Below, in pieces: positions 10,513 through 20,132 of a stretch of 50,823 nt of DNA. How positions within the stretch are numbered: position 1 is the stretch's first letter; each line of letters opens with the position of its first letter. The notes beneath the pieces were generated by a model. The model worked only from the letters and a program-made list of their open reading frames with translations, was not told the DNA's origin and searched no databases. The position numbers were made by a program, and so were the translations under genes. The stretch lies in NCBI GenBank assembly GCA_963834265.1, contig CAWIAU010000001.1:535523-586345 (forward strand). Reading direction: 5' to 3'. The stretch comes from an uncultured bacterium. Lineage in GTDB: Bacteria; Patescibacteriota; Saccharimonadia; Saccharimonadales; 2-12-FULL-41-12.

Positions 10513-11622
10513 ATGAATAAAGTCGGATTTGTCGGATATCGCGGTATGGTTGGCTCCGTATTGATGGAGCGGATGCGGGAGGAGAATGATTTTGCCGGTA
10601 TTGAACCGATGTTTTTTTCTACTTCACAGGCAGGAGCCAATGGTCCTGAGATAAACGAACAAAAAACTACGCTCCTTGATGCGTATGACCAGATTGCTCT
10701 TAGCGGCCTGGATGTGATTGTCAGTTGTCAGGGCAGCGACTACACCAGGCGTGTTCATCCGGAACTGAGAAGCAGTGGCTGGAATGGCTATTGGATTGAC
10801 GCGGCCAGCTACCTTCGTAATGAGGATTCATCAGTCCTGGTACTTGATCCGGTCAATCGCCATGTTATAGAAAGTGCAGTAAATGCCGACAAAAAAGATT
10901 TAATCGGAGCCAATTGTACGACATCTCTGGCAATTATGGGTCTGGCCGGATTATTGAACGCCGGAGAAGTAGAATCAATAAATATTGCGTCATACCAAGC
11001 AGTTAGCGGTGCCGGAGCGAAACATATGACTGAGCTGTTAGAACAAATGCAGTCACTGGGCAATGCAGTCCGGCTCACTACTGATGATCCTGCCAGCACA
11101 ATACTCGATATAGACCGGACAGTAACAACTCACCTGCGGTCGGGTGATTTGCCTGTGACTCATTTCGGTTACCCGATTGCCGGAAATGTGCTGCCGTGGA
11201 TTGATTCCGAAATGGATACCGGCCAATCGCGCGAAGAGTGGAAAGTGCAGGTAGAAGCAAATAAAATTCTGGGATTGAATCCGGGGATTATTGTTGACGG
11301 AACTTGCGTTCGCGTCGGCTCCATGCGCTCCCACTCTCAGGCTGTAATCATGAAGCTCAAACGGGATATACCGTTGTCGGAAATAGAGCAGATTATTACG
11401 AGTGCTCACGAGTGGATAGACTTTGTGCCGAATATTAAAGAAGCAACTCTAAGCAGGCTAACACCTGTTGCGGTTAGTGGTACACTCAAAATCGCCGTGG
11501 GCCGGGTGCGCAAACTAAACAATGGTCCGGAATATCTGAACGCTTTTGTAACCGGTGATCAGTTACTGTGGGGAGCCGCTGAACCACTCCGCCGGGCTCT
11601 GAATATCGTTCTTTCCCCATAA
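10513..11622 (+). CDS. asd: Aspartate-semialdehyde dehydrogenase (gammaproteobacterial-type sequence)
   Basis: GYRGMVGSVLM, GYWIDAAS, GANCT, YQAVSGAGA, SREEWK, GDQLLWGAAEPLRR. Confidence 0.95.
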   Translation: MNKVGFVGYRGMVGSVLMERMREENDFAGIEPMFFSTSQAGANGPEINEQKTTLLDAYDQIALSGLDVIVSCQGSDYTRRVHPELRSSGWNGYWIDAASYLRNEDSSVLVLDPVNRHVIESAVNADKKDLIGANCTTSLAIMGLAGLLNAGEVESINIASYQAVSGAGAKHMTELLEQMQSLGNAVRLTTDDPASTILDIDRTVTTHLRSGDLPVTHFGYPIAGNVLPWIDSEMDTGQSREEWKVQVEANKILGLNPGIIVDGTCVRVGSMRSHSQAVIMKLKRDIPLSEIEQIITSAHEWIDFVPNIKEATLSRLTPVAVSGTLKIAVGRVRKLNNGPEYLNAFVTGDQLLWGAAEPLRRALNIVLSP

Positions 11623-11686
11623 AGCTATTGCTTGCAATAGAGTCTATGACCATATATTATTCACAGAATAAAATATAGGAATTTAT

Positions 11687-12727
11687 ATGTCAGCGCCGGA
11701 ACAGGGTCTATTTTTATCAGTTGGATACGGAAATGTAGGACAAGCTGTTCCTGAGAGATGTGAGGATTTGGGCTTAGCTCATGCTTCTTATGTAATACGA
11801 TCAGGGGGCACATATTTACGTAATAATGATCAAGAACCTAGCCTTTTAGTAAGTGATAATCCTGATTTCTGGAACGATGAAAGAGTAGTAGATGGCGTAA
11901 ACGTGGCTTTCCTTGCTACACCATCCTCTGGTGACGGTACTCATGCGCTTGATATTATTGAGGATCTTACGGATCAGGGGATATTTGTAGTAACAGCCGA
12001 AAAAGCCGCACTTGCTAATCACTACGCAAATCTTGAACCATGCCTGAATAATATAGGGATAAGTGCAACAGTTGGCGGTGGAACCCGCATGCTGCCTTGG
12101 CTCTCAGAAAGAATTAACCCGAGAACAAGACAAGTTCACGCTGTTTTGAATGGCACACTTAACTTTATTATGGATGGCATTGGAAGTGGCAGAACTGCCG
12201 GTACTACTATCGACGAAGCTGTAATTTTGGGATATGCCGAACCCGGAGCAACAGACCATCTGGAGGTTTTAAACGGAGAATTAGTCGGTGATATACCAAA
12301 AAAAACAACAATAGTTTGGAACACTGTTTTGCGGAAAGCATTCGCAGAAGATGAAGTGTTGCATCATGCACAGATTGAACAGCCATCTTTGAATCAGGAT
12401 AGTTTGAACCAGCTCATTGCCGAAGCAAGCGCAAGAAGATACATTGTATCATTTGTCCATGAAAGTGAAGAAATTCCTGAAAGGGATATAATAGCCGGCT
12501 TCAGGAAAGAGGTTGATGGCGGTATGCTGATAATAGGCGGATTCCGAAGAATTACAGACAATCCCTTGTTTAAAGCATTAAGATTGCCCGGCCCGTCAAA
12601 TGGTGCAGTGATTACTGCAGGGCCAAACGAATCGGACGGTGTATATAAGATTGAGGGACCCGGCGCAGGTCCCGGGCCTACAGCAGCAGCAATGGTTCAG
12701 GACGCGAGGCATCTGCTAAGAGTTTAA
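11687..12727 (+). CDS. hom: Homoserine dehydrogenase (divergent, no ACT domain)
   Basis: GYGNVG, VVTAEK, ATVGGG, LNGTLNFI, GYAEP, GPGAG..PTAAA. Confidence 0.85.
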   Translation: MSAPEQGLFLSVGYGNVGQAVPERCEDLGLAHASYVIRSGGTYLRNNDQEPSLLVSDNPDFWNDERVVDGVNVAFLATPSSGDGTHALDIIEDLTDQGIFVVTAEKAALANHYANLEPCLNNIGISATVGGGTRMLPWLSERINPRTRQVHAVLNGTLNFIMDGIGSGRTAGTTIDEAVILGYAEPGATDHLEVLNGELVGDIPKKTTIVWNTVLRKAFAEDEVLHHAQIEQPSLNQDSLNQLIAEASARRYIVSFVHESEEIPERDIIAGFRKEVDGGMLIIGGFRRITDNPLFKALRLPGPSNGAVITAGPNESDGVYKIEGPGAGPGPTAAAMVQDARHLLRV

Positions 12728-12755
12728 AGTTTTTAGAAGTAAATAAGATTCTGAT

Positions 12756-13043
12756 TTATTCTGTTTTAATTGGTTTCCAGAGACCGATAAACTGGCCCGA
12801 AAATACCGTTTGCTTTTGAGAATCAATGCACGGTCCGACAATTGCATCTTCTTTCGAACCGAATGGATCGTTATGTCGATCCGCACGTAACATTTGCTCA
12901 ATGGTTTCATTATTCCACATCGTAATTCCGCCTATTTGTTGATGGGTAACGGATAATTGTGCTGCGCATCGGGCAGCAACCTCAGAATCTATAGTATGTG
13001 GAATTACACCAGAACCGTATATTTTACTGATATCGAGAGACAT
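12756..13043 (-). CDS. Hypothetical protein
   Basis: 95-aa ORF filling a gap, with TATAAT 7 nt before the ATG. Confidence 0.5.
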   Translation of the reverse strand: MSLDISKIYGSGVIPHTIDSEVAARCAAQLSVTHQQIGGITMWNNETIEQMLRADRHNDPFGSKEDAIVGPCIDSQKQTVFSGQFIGLWKPIKTE

Positions 13044-13081
13044 TCTTGCAATTATATCATAAACTGGGAATTAACAATACT

Positions 13082-14107
13082 TTAGTACGGACGGGATTTT
13101 TCGAAAGCATCGGACCATTCACCTTTTGAGGCTAAAGAATTAGCTTGTGCACGGTGCAGGAATGCAGCCCGGGCTTTATTTTTATCGCCGGCTGCCCACA
13201 ATCTGAGCACGGGGTTTTGGATAGCCCGGCTGTAGCTAAAGGATAATGGCCATGGCATACCACCGATTTTATTCATAGCGTCCAGATGAGCGGTTGCCTC
13301 TTCTTCTCCTTGCCCTCCGGAAAGAAAAACAATGCCGGCCAGGTTTGCCGGTACATGTTCTTTAAGAACTTTTACGGTCTGCAAAGCGACAGTTTCTGTA
13401 TTTGCCCTATCAGAAGCATTTTTGCCGGAGATAACCATGCTGGCTTTAAGAATTGTGCCTTCAGGCAGCACTCCCTGGTCTTCCAAAGAATGAAACAAAG
13501 CTTTCAGCGTTCTGGTGGTAGCTTCATAACTGGTTTCGATAGAATGATTACCATCCAACAGTACTTCCGGCTCAACTACCGGCACAATGCCCGCTTCCTG
13601 GGCCAACGCCGCATAACGAGCTAAAGCGTGGCTATTGGCATGAAGACAAGCGTCTGACGGATTGCCGGACTCGTCGATGGTAATAACTGCCCGCCATTTG
13701 GCGAAGCCGGTGCCCATGGTTGCATATTCGGCAAAGCGTTCACGAAGACCATCCAGTCCCTCAGTCACCTTTTCGCCGGGATGCAAGGCCAGATCTTTGG
13801 CACCCATATCTACTTTGATCCCCGGAATAATCCCTTTATGCTTCAAAACCTCTGTAAATGGCGTGCCATTGTCGTCATTCTGGCGTATGGTTTCATCGAA
13901 TAAGATAATCCCACTCAGAAATTTTTCGTTGCCCTCAGCTGCGATAAATAGTTGCCGCCATAAGCGTCTGTTTTCTTCCGTATTTTCCAGATTTACAGAA
14001 TCGAAACGTTTGGCTACCGTTGGTGCGCTTTCGTCGGCAGCGAGTAATCCTTTGCCGGAGGCCATCATTGATTTTGCTGTTGTTTTGAGCTGATCTTCAA
14101 ATTGCAC
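13082..14107 (-). CDS. fda: Class I fructose-bisphosphate aldolase
   Basis: GKGLLAADES, PGIKVD, FAKWR, VVEPE, FLSGGQ, SFSYSRA. Confidence 0.93.
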   Translation of the reverse strand: MQFEDQLKTTAKSMMASGKGLLAADESAPTVAKRFDSVNLENTEENRRLWRQLFIAAEGNEKFLSGIILFDETIRQNDDNGTPFTEVLKHKGIIPGIKVDMGAKDLALHPGEKVTEGLDGLRERFAEYATMGTGFAKWRAVITIDESGNPSDACLHANSHALARYAALAQEAGIVPVVEPEVLLDGNHSIETSYEATTRTLKALFHSLEDQGVLPEGTILKASMVISGKNASDRANTETVALQTVKVLKEHVPANLAGIVFLSGGQGEEEATAHLDAMNKIGGMPWPLSFSYSRAIQNPVLRLWAAGDKNKARAAFLHRAQANSLASKGEWSDAFEKSRPY

Positions 14108-15079
14108 TTATATCTCCTTTTTTAAATCTACTATTTCTTTATTGCCGATGATTACAACAGTGCGTTCATGAAGCTCAACCGGCATAACATCCATCACCGA
14201 TATATGTCCATTCGAGGCTGCGCCTCCTGCCTGCTCAGCCAGAAATGCCAGCGGCTTCGCTTCATAGTTCAGACGAAGCTTGGGTTTATACTTTTTTACT
14301 CCGGAAGTGTCTATTGCCGGAAAGAATAGTATCCCGCCTTTGATCAGATTCCGATGAAAATCAGCTACAAATGAGCCTATCCAACGCAATTTTGACGTCT
14401 TCTGCCTCATGATAGCGAGATATGCCTGATCACTTTCGGAAATACTATATGCGTATGACTCGTTAAAGCTGTAATACGGGCACTCCGCCGGAATTGTAAC
14501 CTGCTCATTACTAAGAATGAATGAGCCAATATCGCTGTCCAGAGTAAATTCATGAACCCCATCGCCCCAGGTAAATACGAGAATCGTGCTGGAACCATAT
14601 AAAACGTAACCGGCCAGAACCTGATCGCGCCCTTTTTGCAGAAATTGCTTCGGATCTCCGGGAGCTATGTAATCAAGTTTGTTATGAACTGAGAAAATAG
14701 TTCCGACAGAGACATTTACATCAATATTACTGCTACCGTCCAACGGGTCGAATGCGATAATATATTTTGCATCCGGCTGTTCCAGATCCACCACATTTTC
14801 TTCCTCTTCACTTGCGAGAGCCGCGAACATACCTGTACTTTGGAGGTAACTTTTGCATAAATCATTGGTCAGCACATCCAGTTTGGCCTGTTTTTCAGCA
14901 TGAATATTGGAAGTATTAGTCATGCCGATGCTTTCAGTCAGTCCGGTACGATTAGTATGAGAGCTTATCAGCTTGCCAATAGTCGCAATATTGGACATAA
15001 CAATCGTCAGTTCCAGACGTTCAGGATGGTCAGTCAGCTGCTCCAGAAGATATTGCTGCAATGTGGTCGGAGCGATCAT
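14108..15079 (-). CDS. fbp: Class I fructose-1,6-bisphosphatase
   Basis: KLDV, ASEE, FDPLDGSSNIDVNVSVGTIFS, RWIGSFVADFHR, KLRLNYEA.P.AFLAEQAGG. Confidence 0.93.
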   Translation of the reverse strand: MIAPTTLQQYLLEQLTDHPERLELTIVMSNIATIGKLISSHTNRTGLTESIGMTNTSNIHAEKQAKLDVLTNDLCKSYLQSTGMFAALASEEEENVVDLEQPDAKYIIAFDPLDGSSNIDVNVSVGTIFSVHNKLDYIAPGDPKQFLQKGRDQVLAGYVLYGSSTILVFTWGDGVHEFTLDSDIGSFILSNEQVTIPAECPYYSFNESYAYSISESDQAYLAIMRQKTSKLRWIGSFVADFHRNLIKGGILFFPAIDTSGVKKYKPKLRLNYEAKPLAFLAEQAGGAASNGHISVMDVMPVELHERTVVIIGNKEIVDLKKEI

Positions 15080-15179
15080 TAATTTTGATTATAAACCATT
15101 GAAATCCGTCAGGCCACCATTACGACGGGCACGACATGGAGCCGATCTGAATATTTCGCACACCCGGGGTATCTAAACC

Positions 15180-16043
15180 TTAAATTTCGATTTCTGTCTG
15201 ACCGAAAGTCGCGGCGTAGCCCCCGACCTTTACTTTGCCGGCAATATCCACATACAATGTGCTGTCTTTACCAATATCAAAACCCTGCCTGATAACGAAC
15301 TGCTTCCGGCCATCCTTGTATATGTATTTGTCTGCATAACAACCCAGCGGCCCGGCAGCGACACCTGTAGCGGCATCCTGACTGATACCGACCAACGGGT
15401 TAAAGAAACGTGCGCAGAAATCCACCCCGTTCTCACTTGTATCCCGGGCAAACAAATACATTCCTTTTACATGATTAACCTCGCTATACTGGATGATCGC
15501 TTTAAGATCGGGTTTGGCAGCAACCAGCCTGTCTGGTGAAACAACCGGGACCATCAGTTTTGCCACGGCCGTAGAGACGGTTTGAACAGGCCACTGTGCA
15601 ATATCATTCTCTTCGAGTCCCAGAAGTGTAGCTATTTTCTGGCGTCCCGGCTCAGTGTTGCCGAAAAACGGATCATTTTGTGTCATCATAATTTTTCCGT
15701 CAGGATAGCACTCAACTACAAACACTCCGGCTTTTGTCTCTTGTGTAAACTGAGTAACTCCGGTTGCGTTAAGGGTAAGAGCTCCCTTTTCTAACAGACT
15801 GTGAAATGTTGCCAGTGTAGCATGTCCACAAAGCTCAACTTCACCTTTCGAAGCAAAGAACCGTATGCGGAAATCAGCTTTGTCTGAAGACTGCACGAAC
15901 GCAGACTCAGAATAATCCAAAGCCTGAGCAACTGATAACATCTGATCGTCACTCAGATTATCGGCATTTAGTACCACACCGGCCGGATTACCCTGAGCCG
16001 GATCATTGGTAAATGCTCTGACCAGCCTGACATCTGCTTTCAT
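15180..16043 (-). CDS. PhzF-family isomerase/epimerase
   Basis: AFT..P.QGNPAGV, SESAF, IRFF...EVELCGHAT, RFFNP..G..DAATG. Confidence 0.9.
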   Translation of the reverse strand: MKADVRLVRAFTNDPAQGNPAGVVLNADNLSDDQMLSVAQALDYSESAFVQSSDKADFRIRFFASKGEVELCGHATLATFHSLLEKGALTLNATGVTQFTQETKAGVFVVECYPDGKIMMTQNDPFFGNTEPGRQKIATLLGLEENDIAQWPVQTVSTAVAKLMVPVVSPDRLVAAKPDLKAIIQYSEVNHVKGMYLFARDTSENGVDFCARFFNPLVGISQDAATGVAAGPLGCYADKYIYKDGRKQFVIRQGFDIGKDSTLYVDIAGKVKVGGYAATFGQTEIEI

Positions 16044-16137
16044 GGTTTATATTATAACAATAGATTCGGCTCAGACTGGACAATTTTACGCAGGTATTAT
16101 AGATTAAAGCTGTACATATCTAAAATAAAGACACTCA

Positions 16138-16893
16138 ATGCGCAAAGTGCTGTTGCCGGAACATTTCATAAAAAATTATCGTTTGCCCCTGGGGGCTACC
16201 TTGCTGTTCCTTATAATTGTGGGCGTAATGTTGTTTGCCCGCGTAGTTGACCGGATGGCTCTGGCAGATATTATGGGTGATCCGGGCAATAGCGATAACA
16301 ACTACGCCACTCTGGTAAATAATGATCTGACAGATGATCTCAAAAAGAATGATATAGGTCAGGAAGACCAGCCATCGCAGGCATCCGTCAAGTCTAATCA
16401 GGAAGAGGCTACTCCTGTTGTTACGTCAGTCGCAGAAACTCAGGCACCTTTTACTATCAGCCCCGGCGGATCAACTCCGACCCCGACACCGTCACCACCA
16501 ACAGGTACTATTCCGGTCATAATTCTGACTCCTTTCAGCGCTTCAATCAAATACCTCAGGCATGAAAGCACTTCTGCGGTAACCTGCAACGGAGTTTTGG
16601 GACCCATTTTTGGCGGCGGGCTTAATCCTGCGAATTGTTACAAAAAATATTTTTTTGGCGCCGGCATAGATACTTTGAACGGGCCCGGAGTCGTCAACTA
16701 TAAATGGCAAAGCAGTCTCGCTTCAGCAAATACCCAAAGCAGCTTTGCCGTTGGTCCGGGAACGGCTTTCACAGCTCTCAGTAAGGAGATCGTAATAACT
16801 TGCGATCAAAACACTTCGTTCAATCTCAAACTGCAGTTAACCTCACCAACAGAAACAAGCTCAGGGGTGCTAACCGTTCAGCACAGATGTTAG
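16138..16893 (+). CDS. Hypothetical membrane-anchored protein
   Basis: N-terminal TM helix, Pro/Thr linker and a Cys-containing beta-rich C-terminal domain. Confidence 0.75.
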   Translation: MRKVLLPEHFIKNYRLPLGATLLFLIIVGVMLFARVVDRMALADIMGDPGNSDNNYATLVNNDLTDDLKKNDIGQEDQPSQASVKSNQEEATPVVTSVAETQAPFTISPGGSTPTPTPSPPTGTIPVIILTPFSASIKYLRHESTSAVTCNGVLGPIFGGGLNPANCYKKYFFGAGIDTLNGPGVVNYKWQSSLASANTQSSFAVGPGTAFTALSKEIVITCDQNTSFNLKLQLTSPTETSSGVLTVQHRC

Positions 16894-16960
16894 TAGTTAT
16901 TTCAAAAGGTTTCGTAATGACTTCTGGTAACTTAGCCATGTCTTTACTACAATACTAGTA

Positions 16961-18934
16961 ATGCTTAAATTTCGCAGGGTGAAGCGTGAGAGCAATCTCC
17001 AGCGGCGGTTTATTGTCAGGGTCCTTGCACCGCCATTTTTTATACTGCTTATTCTGGGCGTCATCATTTTGTTCCAGCTTGACAGGTATGTACGCGACCA
17101 AGCTGTCAATGAGCTTTCCCGATCAGCTTCGACAACGGCAGCCAAGCTGGAACGGGAGTTTGCTCTGCGTGAAATAATACTCAAACGCACAGGTGAAGAA
17201 TTATTCAATATAAAAAGTGATTATCTGTCTGACCGCACAAAACTGGATGCCAATCGTATTGAATGCAGTGCTTATATGAAGCAAAAGAAAACGTTCACCG
17301 GTGCTCCGAACAATAGCTGCAGCCCTTTCCTTGCGGCTTTTGCTGAAAACGGTTCAACTTTGATTGCACTGGAATCCAGTTATATCAAAAACGGTCAGGA
17401 GCTAATTGCTGATCAGAACCGCAAGATAAACGAACGCCTGTCGGCCTATAAACAGTTCTTTCCTGAAACAATGGCCATAATGGTGGTTGATAAGAATCAG
17501 CAGCTGGTCAGCTCTGCACTGTCGGGATTATCAGATGAGACGACAAAAATATTTATGCAGGACACCATTGCTGCCGGATCTCAGGCGATAAACGGTAAAT
17601 TTTTTACGGGTCAGGATAAGCGCTTAGGCATTTTTGCTTATCCGATAGAAAATGGTAGCGTTCTGGCTGCATACGATCTGACAAGTAACAGTTTCATACG
17701 GCAGACGTGGCAGAGTACACCAATTGACCGGACTACATCGCTGGCTGTGATTTTGGATTCCTATGGCCGGCTGGTGTATCCGAATGTTGATATTGGTGAT
17801 GTCTTCGGAGAATTAAACGCTAATTTACGTAAAAATTCGTATACAGAACTGGATTTAAAAAAGGTCCGGCATATCGCGGTAAGCGGCGAGTCAGGAAAAT
17901 CAAAATGGCTGGTAGTCGTAGCTTCGCCCAAGGCTGCTGTTCTGGGGCCTCTACATGATGCCAGGCTGGCAGCGGTTATAACTATCGGTTTGTTATTAAT
18001 CGGGTTTTTGTGGGTGGGAGCTATATTTATACAGCGTACGGTGCACAGTATTCTGAGATTAGTAAGCGGAGCGTTGGTATTCGCCGGCGGCAAGCTGGAT
18101 TATAAGATCCGGCTCACTCATGGCGATCGTGAATTTGTGTCACTGGCCGAAACTATGAACACTATGGCCGGTCGTATAGCTGCCGCCGAGAAAGAGATTG
18201 ATGAAAAAAACAAAGAGTTTATATCAGTAGCAACTCATGAACTCCGGACCCCTCTTACCGCAATTATAGGCAATTTATCGATGGTTTACGATGATATGGG
18301 CGATAAACTGGATCCTGCTGTAAGGCCACTGATAGAGCAGGTATACACAAGTACCAATCGCCTGAGAGACCTGATCAATGACATGCTAGATGTAGCTCGT
18401 ATGGAGGGTGGACGGGCTGAGTTTAAAGTAGAAGTAGTTGATATCAGGGAGGTTGCCGGCAGTACTGTACATACACTTCAAATCACGGCAAAGGAGAGCG
18501 GGATTAACTTGATTTACGATAACAGCCATGCAGATAAAGTAATGGTCGATAAAGCACGGCTGGGGATTATACTGAACAATTTTGTCTCAAATGCTATCAA
18601 ATACAATCGTCCTGGCGGTTCAGTTACAATCTCGCATACCCAAAAAGACAATAAACTGGTAACGGCTATAGCGGATACCGGTCTGGGTATTCCTGAAACA
18701 CAAAAAAAACATATGTTCGAAAAATTTTTCCGAGTTGATGATAAGGATCGTAAGGACGTTATTGGCACAGGTCTCGGTATGTATATCACCCGCCAGTATA
18801 TTATAGCGATGGACGGTGATGTATGGTTCGAGTCAACTCACGGACAAGGCACGACATTTTATTTCAGCTTACCGTTAGCTTTGCCCTCAGAAAAATCTGT
18901 AGCGGACACCCCGCTCAGTGGCCCACCGATATAA
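16961..18934 (+). CDS. Membrane sensor histidine kinase (TM-extracellular-TM-HAMP-HisKA-HATPase)
   Basis: H-box ATHELRTPLT, N-box NFVSNAIKY, DTGLGI, FEKFFRV, GTGLG. Confidence 0.93.
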   Translation: MLKFRRVKRESNLQRRFIVRVLAPPFFILLILGVIILFQLDRYVRDQAVNELSRSASTTAAKLEREFALREIILKRTGEELFNIKSDYLSDRTKLDANRIECSAYMKQKKTFTGAPNNSCSPFLAAFAENGSTLIALESSYIKNGQELIADQNRKINERLSAYKQFFPETMAIMVVDKNQQLVSSALSGLSDETTKIFMQDTIAAGSQAINGKFFTGQDKRLGIFAYPIENGSVLAAYDLTSNSFIRQTWQSTPIDRTTSLAVILDSYGRLVYPNVDIGDVFGELNANLRKNSYTELDLKKVRHIAVSGESGKSKWLVVVASPKAAVLGPLHDARLAAVITIGLLLIGFLWVGAIFIQRTVHSILRLVSGALVFAGGKLDYKIRLTHGDREFVSLAETMNTMAGRIAAAEKEIDEKNKEFISVATHELRTPLTAIIGNLSMVYDDMGDKLDPAVRPLIEQVYTSTNRLRDLINDMLDVARMEGGRAEFKVEVVDIREVAGSTVHTLQITAKESGINLIYDNSHADKVMVDKARLGIILNNFVSNAIKYNRPGGSVTISHTQKDNKLVTAIADTGLGIPETQKKHMFEKFFRVDDKDRKDVIGTGLGMYITRQYIIAMDGDVWFESTHGQGTTFYFSLPLALPSEKSVADTPLSGPPI

Positions 18935-19065
18935 ACAGCTGAATCAAAAAACATGCCGGATTCCTGTATAATGGATAGTATGGGTAAAAGAAAGTGGACC
19001 AAACGCATAATCAAAATAATTAAGATCGCTTCTTAGATACTGAGACATAGTTATTAATAGAATAA

Positions 19066-19098
19066 TCAAAAAGGCTTCTGTAAAAGAAGCCTTTTTGA
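19066..19098. terminator. Bidirectional rho-independent terminator
   Basis: Perfect 14-bp inverted repeat TCAAAAAGGCTTCT-gtaaa-AGAAGCCTTTTTGA with T-runs on both strands, between convergent genes. Confidence 0.85.
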
Positions 19099-19141
19099 CA
19101 CTTAAAGCGTCGCTTTGAGCCAGGGCTCCGCGTATGTGCTA

Positions 19142-20005
19142 CTAATTACTAACGCTAACGCTGGTGCTTGAGCTGTTATGATTTGCAGCTGAACCCGTCA
19201 TCGCACTGCCGCCAATGGTGTTGCCACTTACGTTAGCGCTTCCGGTTGTTGCAGACTGACCGCTAACGTTTGTAACTCCGACTTTGTTCGTATTGGTTAC
19301 TGTCTTTGTGCTTGTGTTCGTATTAAAGATCTGGTTGTTAGAATTCGGACCTGTCAGATTGATAGAAGCTGTGCTTACGCCTCCACCGCCACCGGATCCG
19401 CCTGCAGGTGTGCTATTAGTAATACTGGCAGCTGTGTGCGTAATATTAGTATTACCGGCACCTCCACTTGTTGCTCCGCCAGCTGAAGTATTACCACTAA
19501 CATTCGCAGTACCGGTTGAGGCTCCCTGCCCGGAATAATTGGTTACTCCCACCTTATTACTGTTGTGATGAGTGGTGGTGTGGGTATCAGTGCTGAATAT
19601 CTGGTTATTAGAACCCGGCCCCGTTGTGCTTATAGTTGCAGTACCCAGTCCTGCCAGCAGCCAGCCGGGGCATCCTACGCCACTATTACTAAATACCACT
19701 GAACTGCTTGTAGTATTAGTATTTGTGGCATTACCGCTGGTAGCGTTGCCCCCGATAGTGTTACCACTTACATTTGCGTTGCCCGTAGTTGCTGTTTGAG
19801 AACTTAAATTAAACACGTATGCCTTATTATTATTTGTTACTGTACATGTAGTATTATTTGTTAAAAATATCTGATTGTTAGAACCCGGCCCCGTGGTAGT
19901 AATACTGGCGACGTGTGCCGATGTTACTCCAGCTAGCCCAAAAAACGCCGTCGTAATCGTCGCGATTCCAATGGCTACTTTACGTGTTATATTTGCGTGT
20001 GTCAT
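19142..20005 (-). CDS. Secreted Asn/Thr/Ser/Gly-rich repeat protein (3 repeats)
   Basis: Signal-peptide-like N-terminus from ATG 20005 (AGGGG upstream). Three repeats of ASI.TGP.SNNQIF...Q.A.TG.ANVSGNT.GG.A. Confidence 0.8.
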   Translation of the reverse strand: MTHANITRKVAIGIATITTAFFGLAGVTSAHVASITTTGPGSNNQIFLTNNTTCTVTNNNKAYVFNLSSQTATTGNANVSGNTIGGNATSGNATNTNTTSSSVVFSNSGVGCPGWLLAGLGTATISTTGPGSNNQIFSTDTHTTTHHNSNKVGVTNYSGQGASTGTANVSGNTSAGGATSGGAGNTNITHTAASITNSTPAGGSGGGGGVSTASINLTGPNSNNQIFNTNTSTKTVTNTNKVGVTNVSGQSATTGSANVSGNTIGGSAMTGSAANHNSSSTSVSVSN

Positions 20006-20132
20006 AATAAACCCCCTTTTATTACTCCTGAACTTTACCAACAAGCATAATTGTAACAAAGGCAATAGCGTTATAATGTGAATTATCTTACAATAATTAT
20101 GCTTTTTTGTATTTAAAATTATTCTTATTAGA

